Assembly: GCF_006345805.1 (NCBI RefSeq)
Contig: NC_043003.1
Span: forward strand, 46,190,001-46,254,000
DNA length: 64,000 nt
DNA from: Octopus sinensis
Taxonomy: Eukaryota
Direction: 5' to 3'
This document shows positions 14,206-26,082 of this stretch, in pieces. The notes under the pieces are model-generated. The model saw only the letters and a list, made by a program, of their open reading frames with translations. It made no database searches and was not told where the DNA came from. The position numbers were made by a program, and so were the translations under genes. Numbering within the stretch: the first letter of the stretch is position 1; each line of letters begins with the position of its first letter.

Positions 14206-14583
14206 GGAAGCACTCCGTCGGTTACGACGATGAGAGTTCCGGTTGATCCGAATCAACGGAACAGCCTGCTCGTGAAATTAACGTGTAAGTGGCTGAGCAC
14301 TCCACAGACACGTGCACCCTTAACGTAGTTCTCGGGGATATTCAGCGTGACACACAGAGTGACGAGGCCGGCCCCTTGAAATACAGGTACAACAGAAACA
14401 GGAAGTAAGAGAAAGTTGTGGTGAAAGAGTACAGCAGGGATCACCACCATCCCCTGCCGGAGCCTCGTGGAGCTTCAGGTGTTTTCGCTCAATAAACACT
14501 CACAACGCCCGGTCTGGGAATCGAAACCGCGATCCTATGACCGCGAGTCCGCTGCCCTAACCACTGGGCCATTGCGCCTCCAC
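14206..14583 (-). mobile_element. tRNA-derived SINE family D (resembles octopus OK-type), full length
   Basis: Head GGAGGCGCAATGGCCCAGTGGTTAGGGCAGCGGACTC..GTTTCGATTCC; 12-bp TSD tgataagacaat (14194-14205, 14584-14595). Confidence 0.9.
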
Positions 14584-14726
14584 TGATAAGACAATAAAAG
14601 AAACACAAATATAATCCAAATGTAGTACACAACGTGTCATGGACCTCATTATACCATTCTCTAACAGTAGTTATTTAACAGCATCGCTGAAAAAAATTCA
14701 CAAGCTTACCAAATGCCATATAAACA

Positions 14727-14946
14727 ACAAGAAGCCGCTGAAAAGTTCCTGGTTTTATGGTTAAAGAAAATACAGGAGGATCGCTAATTATGATTTTATT
14801 CAGCATATTCCCTTCCGAGATCCACACACTTATTGCAGATGTCCTTCAGTTTTTCTGAGCCCTGTAAAAGAACTCGAACGGTCGGGCCGCCAACCAGACC
14901 TTTCGGGAAACCCTTAAAGCTAGGAACTTTTCAGCATCCCCGCATA
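14727..14946. mobile_element. Mariner-type MITE (~220 bp)
   Basis: Inverted termini gctgaaaagttcctgg (14737-14752) and ctaggaacttttcagc (14920-14935); the right end abuts TA; no coding capacity. Confidence 0.75.
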
Positions 14947-15009
14947 CATGAATAGAGAAACATCTTCATTATTATCAAAACTAAGGGGACAAGTTGATAA
15001 AATCTTTAG

Positions 15010-15800
15010 TGAATTGGACAAAATACTTAGCGGTACATCTTCCGACTCTTTACGTTCTTGACTTAAATTCCGCTGCGGTCAACTTCGCTTTCATCCTCTC
15101 GGGATCGATAAGAATAAGTACCTGTCGAGCTCAGGAGTTTATGTAATCGACTATTCTCTCCCCACAAATTTCTACCTTTTTGTCTATAGCAGAAAGACGT
15201 ATTATCATAATTAGAGATGGGGGCAACTTTGCAGAATCGTTAGCGCCCCAGATAAAATGCTTAGCACAATTTCATCTGTCTGAATTCAAACACTGCCGAG
15301 GTTTACTTCGCTTTTCATCCTTTCAGTGTTTATTAATTAAGTAGCAGTCGAGAACTTAGGTTTCTGTAATCGATTATGGCCTCACCACAAAATTTCATGC
15401 TTTTGCCTATAGGACAAAGAATTATTGTCGTAAATAGAGAAGGCGATTAACGGACAGAATTGTTAACGCGTCGCACAAAATGCTGAATGGCATTTCTTCC
15501 AGTTCTTTACGTTTGTAGTGCAAATACTGCCAAGGTTAACTTTGCCTTTTATCCTGTCACAGTCGTTGAAATAAAGTACCAGTAAAACACTGGGGTCGAT
15601 TTAATCGACTTCTCCTTTCCTTCAAGTGAGCCGGCCTTCTACCAGAATTTGAAAGAATTCTTATCACAAAATGAAGGCAGTGAGCAGCCAGAATCATTAG
15701 AGTGACAGTAAAGTCTGCTTTGTTGTATTTTCCAAACCTTTGCAGCCTGTGTTTGAATTCTGCAGAGGTCAATTTTACCTTCAATCGTTTCGGGGCCGCT
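15010..15800 (+). mobile_element. Cluster of 3-4 degraded head-to-tail SINE family B copies
   Basis: Repeated gcagaatcgttag / gaggtcaactttgcctttcatcc-like motifs. Confidence 0.7.
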
Positions 15801-16906
15801 AAAATATAGGGCCACTCTAAGTTACAGGATGCATGGTACTGACTATACCACTTACTCAAAATTGCTGGCTTTGTGTCTAGATCAGAAGCTAAAAATCGTA
15901 ATGCTAGACATATAGGAAGTGAGCGCCAGAAAACAAAATTGCTTTGAGGTATTTGTTCAGGTTCCTTTTGCACCATGTTCAATTTCGACGAGATCAAATT
16001 TCCTATTCATATCTCCGGGATTAATTGCATGAACTAAAAGCCAAGTATGTGGTTCGATGCCATCGACTAACCCTTAATCCCCAAACCGCTTGGCTTTTGC
16101 TTAAATGAAAAACCATTATTACAGTAGATACAGGTGACGTCAGTAATGTCTCTTTATTTTGTTTCGTTATTTTCTTTTTCACTTCCAATAATCCATTCAT
16201 CTTATTATGCAATTTTTTCTTCCATAATGTATCCATCACGCGTCATAACTTTTTTCATTCATATCTTTTTATTACTGTATCTCATTTTCTAATGTTCTTT
16301 CATACCCAATAATTTATCCACTCCATTGAATAATTTTCTTTTCGACATTTCATAGATAATCTAAATTCGTAATAGTCTTTCAAGTTTTATAATTTATCCA
16401 TTTCATTTCATAGTGTTCTTTTGCTATTTTCTCACATTTCATAATTTCTACATCTCGTTTCAAAGCTTTTACACGTAATATTTTTTATCTATTTCGTTTC
16501 ATAACTTTTACATATTTCATAATTTACACTTTCGTCCCATAATTTTCTTTTTGACATTTTATAAACTATTTATCTTATTCCAGCATGTGGCCTTTCACAT
16601 TTCATTGTTTTGTTTTTCACATTTTATAATTTCCTCTATTGCTTTTCCTTCATTCCATTTCATTATTCCTTATAAGAAATTACATAATTAGTTTCTTTTA
16701 TCTTTAACTTATTCAAGTCATTAAAGTGTTGCAATGTTGAGGCACCACCTTGAAGAAATTTTGTCATACAAATCAACTCCTGCTCTTATAATTCTGATGC
16801 TTCTATCGAAATCTTTTGTCGAGTCTCTAAGTATTAAGTTATGGGAACGTCAACAAGCGAACACTTGTTGTGAAGCGGTGGGGTGCAGGAGACAAACAGA
16901 GTCAAA

Positions 16907-16950
<44 letters not shown>

Positions 16951-17370
16951 TTAGGCGGTCTTCCTTTCAGTTTTCGTCTACAAATTCACACACAACACAT
17001 AAGGTGATCCAGAGTATAGCAAAGCGAGACTCTTAAAACACATATGCACGCTACACCTACATAATTATTCAAGCTAATTATATAATTAGTCGGAATTTCA
17101 AATTGAGTGACTAGAGTAAATCAAATGAAATTATTTAATAGTGTTTTCTCTTATTGAATCTGCTACTGTTTCACAAAGATTAAAAGCATTTGTACAAAAG
17201 TAAAGATGACCAAGTTGTCAATATTCACGCTGGAACAGTAACTAATTTATCAATTCTGGGCTAGGAAAAACAAAATCAACTTCGACAGGGTACTATTTTG
17301 AAAGGAAAATGGAGTTATCGTCATTTAACAAGATATTTAGATCCACTATGTATCATTCACTGTGTGTAAT

Positions 17371-17374
17371 GATG

Positions 17375-17435
<61 letters not shown>

Positions 17436-17457
17436 TAACAATAACAATAACAATAAC

Positions 17458-17553
<96 letters not shown>

Positions 17554-17580
17554 AAGAAGAAGAAGAAGAAGAAGAAGAAT
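17371..17580. repeat. (TAA)n(GAA)n tract
   Basis: Direct inspection. Confidence 0.97.
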
Positions 17581-18410
17581 CATTGATGTAAAAAACATCA
17601 AACAGAAAGCAAAGAGGACGCATGAATAATGTCGAAGACAAGTGGAAAGTCAAACTCCTTCATAGAAAATACCCTGACCGCCTGTCCAAGCCATATACTG
17701 AATAAAACCTAACACACCAATGGTTACAAGGGAAATGTTTGAAAGAGGAAACAGTAGGTTGTGTTATTGCAGCGCAAGATCAGAACTTACCGACCAGAAA
17801 CAACCATGCAAACGTCCTTAAAGATGGATATGACCCTTCGTGCAGAATTTGCGGAAAATTCCCATAGACAATCGATCATGTTGTTTCTGGCTGCCCAGTT
17901 CTCGCTGAAAAGGGGTAACTTATAAGACATGACAGACTAGGACAGAACATCCACTGGTATGCTTATAAATGCTACAAAATTAAATCCCATGATAAGTGGT
18001 ACAGGCACCATCCAGAGGATGTAGTAAATGGCGAGGACGTCACCACCCTTTTGAACTTCCCAATACAAACAGACAGAAAAATTGACTCCAATCGACCAGA
18101 CATTGTGGTCAAGGACAACAACAGAGAAACTTGTGTGTTAATAGATATGTTTGTACTACAAGATCAAAATGTCTCAAGAAAGGAATACGAAAAGCTTTCT
18201 CACTATAAAGATCTGCAAATTGAAATCACAAAAATGTGGAAGCTAAGTACTACGATAATACCAGTAATAATTGGTACGTTTGGAATGATAAAGATGGGAG
18301 CAAAGAAGTATATTAAGCAACTCCCTGGTAAATTGCAATCTCTGTGAACTACAAAAGATAACCTTGGTGGGTACAGCCCACACTACTACGGAAATACTCT
18401 ACATCTAAAA
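17581..18410 (+). mobile_element. R4/Dong-type non-LTR retrotransposon, 3' fragment (CCHC + restriction-like endonuclease)
   Basis: Translates AAQDQNL..CRICGKFP*TIDHVVSGC..RHD..NRPDIVV..LIDM..KYKDL-like..IPVIIGT; directly preceded by (TAA)n(GAA)n at 17371-17580. Confidence 0.88.
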
Positions 18411-18475
18411 TTGAATAAATGTAGTGATAATTTTAGCATGCTTAGCAAAACAAAAGTGCCCTTGTTACTCTTGTA

Positions 18476-18730
18476 GGGGCATATGACGTAGTGGTTAAGA
18501 GCGCGAGCTACTAACCCAAGATTCCGTGTTCGATTCCAGGAGTGACCTGAATAATAATATCAACAACAACAACAACAGCAACAGCAACAACGAAAAATAT
18601 CTTAGGAATGAGAACCCAGGTTCGAAATTTCCCCAAGACACCTGATGAAGGCTAGAGGGTACATCAGACGAAACGTTGTGTTAACAACAAACAAGATGAG
18701 GACAAATATCCGTCAAATATAAATAACCTA
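18476..18730 (+). mobile_element. tRNA-headed SINE-like element with a Penelope-type tail
   Basis: Box A tgacgtagtgg (18484-18494), box B gttcgattcc (18528-18537), internal (AAT)/(AAC)n, then a hammerhead-like motif. Confidence 0.7.
18637..18682 (+). ncRNA. Minimal type I hammerhead ribozyme motif (stem II partly decayed)
   Basis: GACAC-CUGAUGA-A-GGCU...AGAC-GAAAC|GUU-GUGUU: stem I GACAC/GUGUU, loopless AC|GU stem III, GUU triplet; stem II has a G-A mismatch. Confidence 0.55.
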
Positions 18731-18900
18731 AATAAACTTAAATGTCTGTGTTGTATTACATGATGATATTTCCCTACTCCCCCTGCCACTTCCCTTCCCC
18801 AGGCTTTCAGTCATACTGTAAAATGTTTTATTCATCACTCGCCCTAGGACACTGGGAGTGTCTCGGTAAGTTATTATAACTAACATGCAGATGAAAAGTA

Positions 18901-18949
<49 letters not shown>

Positions 18950-18989
18950 TTAATAATAATTAAAATAATTAAAATTTAAAAAAAAATTA

Positions 18990-19021
<32 letters not shown>

Positions 19022-19043
19022 CAACAACAACAACAACAACAAC

Positions 19044-19115
<72 letters not shown>

Positions 19116-19142
19116 TATAATAATAATAATAATTATAATAAT
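18901..19142. repeat. (TAA)n/(CAA)n tract
   Basis: Direct inspection. Confidence 0.95.
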
Positions 19143-19400
19143 ATACCAGGATCCAGCCATTGAATTACAGTAGCTATGGAAAGCTCGGTCAAAATGAGCA
19201 CCCGTAGTTATTGGTGCGTTAGGAACTATTCCTAAAGATTTCAACAGATGGATAGCGGAAATAGGCTTAGGACCTAGTTTAGTGCAGCACCAGATAACAG
19301 TATTGTCAACATAAAGCAAGAACAGCTAGGATATTTAGGAAGGTTCTGGATATACGTAAGGTTACTTGTATCTATAAGTATCCATGCTCGAAATTTGTTT
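19143..19400 (+). mobile_element. R4/Dong-type short 3' fragment
   Basis: YQDPAIELQ*LWK..PVVIGALGTIPKDFNRW..ARIFRKVL; same family as 60817-61200; directly follows a (TAA/CAA)n tract. Confidence 0.75.
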
Positions 19401-19493
19401 TCAGTAGTTTAAACTGTTGTAGGTATTTTCTTTGTAACCTTTTACGGTTTTTCTTTTTTCCTTCTTTCCTTTTTCTCTCTGTCTCTCTTCCCC

Positions 19494-20108
19494 TTATTTC
19501 TTTATTGCCCACAAGGAGCTAAACATAGAGAGGACAAACAAGGACAGACAGAGGGATTAAGTCGATTACATCGATGCCAGTGCGTAACTGGTAATTAATT
19601 TATCGACCCCGAAAGGACGAGAGGCAAAGTCGACCTCGGCGGAATTTGAACCCAGAACGTAAAGACCGACGAAATACTGCTAATCAATCCGCCCAGCGTG
19701 CTAACGTTTCTGCCAGCTCACCGCCTTCCCCTTCTTGTTCTATCACATGACTTTGCAAATGAAAATCTGGTGTGTTTATTCAGAGGGCCTGCCAACGTAT
19801 ACAGTGAATTTTCCTTGCCCAAGATGTTGGGAAGACACTCGGCAAGAAGTGGAAAGACATTTGAAAGAAGACAATGATAATAATAATAGTAATCCTTTCT
19901 AATAAATGCACAAGGCCTGAAATTTGTGGGGAGGAGACTACTCGATTACATCGACCCCAGTGTTTCACTGGTACTTAATTTATCGACCCCGAAAGGATGA
20001 AAAGCAAAGTCGACTTCGGCTGAATTTGAACTCAGAATATAGAGACGATCAGATAAATACCCTTAAGCATTTTCTGTTTTGTGCAGTAACGAATCTGCTA
20101 ACTCGCCT
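19494..20108 (-). mobile_element. Two SINE family B copies (19494-19725 and about 19880-20108) with different tails
   Basis: Both carry atcgaccccgaaaggatgaaaggcaaagtcgac-like cores. Confidence 0.85.
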
Positions 20109-20899
20109 ATTTGTGCTAGGATATAATACTAAAATTAACTGTGTCATCAAGGAACGCATCTGTATATGGTCGTTTGAACTGCTAAAAATAGCAGTTGAAT
20201 TTCCCTCATATCATTTCCTGTCATTTCAAAAGTAAAGGACACGTTAGATAATGTAGTTGTCGATACACAATGCCTGTGCTAGAAATAAATGGGATGGTGG
20301 TAACATTGCTTTGATCACTGGTTTGCTCGATCAGGGATAACTAAAGACTAAATGAGCCAACAACTACAACAACAATTGATAGTGTAAGATGGATTATATA
20401 ATATAATTCTAGATACACAACGCTGGAAATGAAAGATGGGATGATGGCTAGCGTATCTTTGATCATCGGTCTACTCGATAAGACTAACTAAAGCCTAAAT
20501 AAGACAGCAACAATAACAACAAAGAATCTAACATCAACTATGCAATCAACTTATAGATACAATCGACAATATCATTTCCGAATTGTCAGTACTCAAAAGA
20601 GAAAATTTATCAACAGAATTGACCGGGAAAGGGAGTTATATCCATTAGCATTATGCCGAAACTTTCACATCAAAACTAGAAATAAATTGTATAAGCAAGT
20701 ACGAAACGTGATACATGACAATAGAAGAGTTACGACACCCTTGGCCAAATGCGTCAAGACTTACAAGGAAAGGAGAAATGATTGCTCAGATAGTATAATG
20801 AATAGGAGAAAGGGAGACATTTGCTCTTTAATAGACATATTGTTCATCTTATGAGTAAAATATTATCAAGAAAGAAGTCGGAAAGCTATGAAAGTACAA

Positions 20900-22450
20900 G
20901 GAACCCCCGAAATGGAAATATCTGATATGTGAGATGTGACAGTAAAATTCCTATTTGCAAACTTTTACGCGATATTGGATAATTTGGGCGTGCTGATTTC
21001 ACAGATGTCTTCAGCTATGTTTCTCTTGCGTAAGAGTTTTTGACTACTGAATGGTGTGAAAACTTCATTTTCCTCAAATTAAAATCATCGTAGTGTGACT
21101 CATAGTGGAGTGTGCATTTTTTGATGATAGGTTTGAATTTTACGGCATAGATTTAAGGTTATAAAAATGTTGAATATATGGAATATGTGGTTCTGTACCT
21201 ATAGGGTAAATTCTTTCCTTGATGTATATTTTTTAAGTGATGAAGAGTAGAGATAAAAGATTGAAAGAAATAAAAATTTACCTGAAGTTTATTGAACACA
21301 TATCAGTAAATAAGAGAGATGCTAGAATTGAAGTTTGTTATTCAAAACTACTCTAGACAAAATTTTATACTTTTCCTGAATATGAATTCGGCAGTTTTCT
21401 TTGCAAAAACTACCAATAGTCAGTCGATATCTCTACCTTATTTTTACATACTTTCCCTCTATTCCCCAATGACATCTTCCGGATTTTCGAGTAAGCGGTT
21501 GAGATAACAAAATCAGAATTAATATTCAAATTAATATTACAACCTGAAACTTCTGAATAATATTTTTTCCAATCTTAGCTATTCATGCATCTGGCAAATA
21601 ATTTTCACAACAGCCTTAAAGCAATTTATGTTCTGTCTTGTTTTTAGATAATTCTGAGAAATTCATCATCTAGTAATAGGAAGATAAGTATAAAGACAAC
21701 TAGAAAGACACATTTTCTTCAGTTTTTGGACATTTGGAATAAGTTCATTTAGAGCAATCATCATCTTTATTAATCAGTTTGACATACAGCATAATGAAGT
21801 CTAGGTTTATATATATGGCGTTTTGAGCGTAAAATTTTCTACGATCCACAATTACGAGTCTCAGAGGCCAATTTTCCACTTTCCTTTATTCCAGTGCGGT
21901 ATTATCCTTCATACATGAAGCGTAGCATTTTGTGCATTCCCTTTGTTGGCTACATAAAATGCGACGCACTTTGACGTCTCTGCCTGTTACAACCATATGT
22001 AACAATTTGAAGTTTTCATAGGCTTCTTTTAAATAAACGAATGAGCTACCCATATTTATGAATCGCCACTGTAACGTAACATTCCTCTTTTAATAGACTT
22101 GAATGATACCATAAAATAAGCTTCATTCACTGAATCGGCATTTGAAACATGTCTTCTATACCAAATCCAGAAATATTTCTGCAAAATCTAAACTACGTTC
22201 TTGAAGTTTTCCAGGAATATAACAAAATCTTTCTAACATTTTCCGTATAAAGAGAATGCCAATAAAATCATATTTTCAGTCGTTTGCCCCAAAAGCCTTG
22301 CGTATTCTTTGTGTGGTTTCGAAACTTTAAGTGATTTATTTAATGCGGCTTGCTTTAACGGCTTTGGATCTCCTCCAGTTCATAAAAAGTGACATTGTCT
22401 AAATTTTATCTTCAACCAATTACAATGATCTACATTGCCTTGTGAATCAG
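20900..22450 (-). mobile_element. Decayed DNA transposon, Chapaev3/CMC-like transposase remnant
   Basis: Multi-frame minus-strand remnants: PKPLKQAALN..ARLLGKRLK, LKEAYENFKLL, DVKV..LCSQQ..TK, NWPLR, IYINLDF (cf. LHIKLGL), NPEDVIGE, DYW*FLQR. The order matches Chapaev3-type transposases from memory; the superfamily call is tentative. Confidence 0.55.
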
Positions 22451-22494
22451 GGACAGGGATGCTCGGATCATTCAATATTCTTTCGTTCTTTCAT

Positions 22495-22900
22495 TCTTTT
22501 ACTTGTTTCCTTCATTTCACTGCGGAGCACCAAATTTAGTCGAATAAATCGACTCCGGGATTCATTCTTTGTAAGCCTAGTACTTATTCTATCGTTCTCT
22601 TTTGCCAAGCCACTAAGTTACGGGAAAGTAAACACACCAACATCGGTTGTCATGCGATGGTGGGGAGACAAACACAGACACACAAATACATACATACATA
22701 CATACATACATACATACATACATACATACATACATACATACATACATACATACATACATACGACGGTTTTCTTTCTGTTTCCGTCTACCAAATCCACTCG
22801 CAGGGCTTTGGTCGGCCCGAGGCCATAGTAGAAGATTCTTGCCCAAGGTGCCACGCAGTGGGACTGAAGCCACAACCATGTGGTTGGTAAGCAAGCTTCT
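22495..22900 (-). mobile_element. SINE family A
   Basis: Internal (CATA)n; its head abuts a family B copy. Confidence 0.85.
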
Positions 22901-23124
22901 TATTTCCTTATTGCCCACAAGAGGCTAAATACAGAGAGGACAAACAAGGACAGAGAAACGGATTAAGTCGGTTATATTGACCTCTGTGAGTAACTGGTAC
23001 TGAATTTATCGACCCCGAAAGGATGAAAGGCAAAGTCGACCTCGGCGGTATTTGAACTCAGAACGTAGCTGTAGACGAAATACCGCTAAGCATTTCGTCC
23101 GGCGTGCTAACGTTTCTGCCAGCT
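22901..23124 (-). mobile_element. SINE family B
   Basis: Full copy with tail 1. Confidence 0.88.
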
Positions 23125-24883
23125 TCTTACTACACACCCACTCCTGTACCTATGTCTATTTACGGATGGAAAAATTCGATAACTGAAGGTGTTGTAACTT
23201 TGAACATTGCATGGGTAACATTTGTGGTTGCCGATATAATTTGTAAGCTCACACTGTAACATAGAGTTCCCCAAAACTAAGCCTTTCTGTTTGTTGTGAC
23301 TCCAACTCCTCGATGTTGCAACACACTGAAATAATACTTGCGTGAACCCTATCTTTTGTTTTCATTGCATAATTTCTCTCTTGAGTAAGTATAATAAACT
23401 CTCTTAACAATTCTCAGTTATACATTTTAGAAACAAATACACCCCGCATAGAATATACAAGAGATCGTTACAAGCTCTAGAAGCCATTATGAAACCTATA
23501 AAATGAATTATATACGTGTGTGTGTGACTGTGTCGGGAAATCTTAAACAGTATAATCATAATATATATTATATTTGGTATTTAAGTTCACAAAATATACA
23601 TTAAAAAGCTTTTAGTACATTTTGTCAGTTAATGGAATAAGTGTTCAAAGAAAGTATGAAAAATGGAAAATACGAATATAATGCTTCATTAATAGGTTTA
23701 AAATTGTGACTGTTTGAGCAAAACCGATGTTATTTTTTAATTCAAAACCTTATAATATAAAGAAATACGAAAATAATATATCGATGATGGTCAATGTAAT
23801 TGGTGAACTGTTTATGAAAGAGAAGACTTGAACAAAAACTTAATTACTTTAGCAAGACTTACATCATTATAAACACTCCAAATATTTCTACTGGCTACAT
23901 AACTTTTAGATTACAGCACAAATTCTACGCAATTTAGTTCCACAACTAAAAAGTATTACACAACTATTACCTTGTAATAGTATCAGAGATAGCTACTACT
24001 TGGTTACTTATGTTGTTAGAAACAATAACCAAATGTCCTTTAAATTAATACTGTGTGAAGCACATTCATTAAAGTAGTGATAACAATATGAACAAGAAGA
24101 CGAGATGGACTGTTAGAATGCCTCTGAATATATTTCACTATCACAGCATACACATCTAATATTCTATACAATTCCATATCGGTCATATAATGTAACTTTT
24201 ACAGCTATATCATAAATTTCGCCACGTGTAATACACAATCACCTCCCAATACGATAACACATTTTACGCTCCTTGTATTCTATATATCACACCCGAATAC
24301 TATAACAAAAGTTACGAAGAAACTTCTACGGCTTCGTTTGAGGCAATGCGAAATCTTACGTATGGTCAGAGGTTATGCTAGAAATAGCAAAAACATCGCC
24401 TTTCTTCATGAAACCTCCATCGCCGTAATGATCACGCAAAAGAAGATCGTCTTTTCCAAAAGGAAGTGGTGAATCGATCATTTCCAGTTCTCTTATTATT
24501 GGCTCTTACTCTTTCTACATTAAATGAAGCTATGTCGGCAAGTATTGTAAAGATAACAAAATAACACAAAAAAAATTAAATGTTTGTTTTAAACAGTCTT
24601 TCTTCTTGTGGCAGATATGGTGACGTTTCAAATGTCCTGATGTTTATAAAATCCAAACAGGAGTCTTTTTTTATTCAAACAAAAATTTTGAATAATCAAA
24701 AAGTTCTTTTAGAGTTTACAATTCCTCCGTGTGCAACAGACAACCACATCAACATAAATTTATTTCCAGACTACGAGCCATTCATTCGTCAAGAAATGAT
24801 AACAAATCGCTTACTGAACGTAATAATGTACACATAAAGCTATATAGAAACGAAGGGTAAGACACAAATAAAGTTGAAACACA

Positions 24884-25652
24884 AGCTGGCAGAATCGTTA
24901 GCACGCCGGGTGAAATGCTTAGCGGTACATCGTCTGCCGCTATGTTCTGAGTTCAAATTCCGCCGAGGTCGACTTTGCCTTTCATCCTTTCGGGGTCGAT
25001 TAAATAAGAACCAGTTACGCACTGGGGTCGATATAATCGACTTAATCCCTTTGTCTGTCCTTGTTCGTCCTCTCTGTGTTTAGCCCCTTGTGGGTAGTAA
25101 AGAAATAGGTATATCGTCTGCCGTTACGTTCTGAGTTCAAATTCTACCGAGGTCGACTTTGCCTATCATCCTTTCGGGGTCGATAATTTAAGTAACAGTT
25201 ACGCACTGGGGTCGATGCAAACGACTTAATCCGTTTGTATGTCCTCTCTGTGTTTAGCCCCTTGTGAGTAGTAAAGAAATAGAAATAGGTATTTCGTCTG
25301 CCGGTACGCTCTGAGTTCAAAAACCGCCGAGGTCGACTTTGCCTTTCATTCTTTCGGGGTCGATTAAATAAGTAACAGTTACGCACTGGGGTCGATGTAA
25401 TCGATTTAATCCGTCTGTCTATCCTTGTTTGTCTCTTCAGTGTTTAACTCCTTGTGGGTAGTAAAGAAATAGGTATTTCGTCTGCCGTTACGTTTTGAGT
25501 TCAAATTCCGCCGAGGTCGACTTTGCCCTTCATCCTTTCAGGATCGATTAAAGTACCAGTTACGTACTGTGGTCGAGGTAATCGACTTAATCCCTTTGTC
25601 TGGTCTTGTTTGTCCTCTATATGTTTAGCTCCCTGTGGGCAATGAAGAAATA
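24884..25652 (+). repeat. SINE family B tandem array (one headed unit + three headless ~184-bp units)
   Basis: Unit bodies start at 24924, 25108, 25288 and 25472; each carries gaggtcgactttgcctttcatcctttcggggtcgat. Confidence 0.92.
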
Positions 25653-25969
25653 AATACATTGAGACTTATCATAAAATACATAAATATCTAAAGAAATAAA
25701 GAAGTAAACATAAATATAGAAATCCATCCAGCCACTGTTGAGAAGACGCTACCAATCATCCCATATCACCAAGCACCTACCGGGGGCGATATAGCGTGGC
25801 TACTGCGGTCTAGTGCATTTGCTATGATAGATGAAATGAGAAACATTTCACATTCTCTATGTAGGCTACTTTCTAGTCATGAAACCTAATATTGCAGCGT
25901 GGAAGGTGTTTATAAGCCATTTAAGAAACACACAAAAACCGTTAGATTCACTTCAACATTTAAATTTAA

Positions 25970-26020
25970 TTTGTCAAAATATTTTCGTCGCTTTGAGACC
26001 GAGACCTGTTCACTGACAAA
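25970..26020 (-). ncRNA. Minimal type I hammerhead ribozyme motif, G3-C8 variant (minus-strand arm)
   Basis: UUUGUCA-GUGAACA-G-GUCUC...GCGAC-GAAAAUAUUU-UGACAAA; perfect 7-bp stem I, one mismatch in stem II. Confidence 0.6.
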
Positions 26021-26035
26021 ACTTCGTGCTGCATC

Positions 26036-26082
26036 TCAGTGAACAGGTCGCGGTCTCAAAGCGACGAAAATATTTTGACAAA
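26036..26082 (+). ncRNA. Minimal type I hammerhead ribozyme motif, G3-C8 variant (plus-strand arm)
   Basis: UCA-GUGAACA-G-GUCGC(GGUCUCAAA)GCGAC-GAA-AAU|AUU-U-UGA; 5-bp stem II, palindromic stem III, stem I only 3 bp on this arm. Confidence 0.6.

Noticed and set aside
15557-15997. 146-aa minus-strand ORF
   Set aside because: Overlaps antisense SINE family B fragments; no recognisable domain.
16250-16700. Degenerate ttttcacattttataatttc-like repeats
   Set aside because: Low-complexity AT-rich sequence with no consistent period by eye.
24884-25652. CRISPR-like array
   Set aside because: Eukaryotic context; units are contiguous SINE bodies with no unique spacers.
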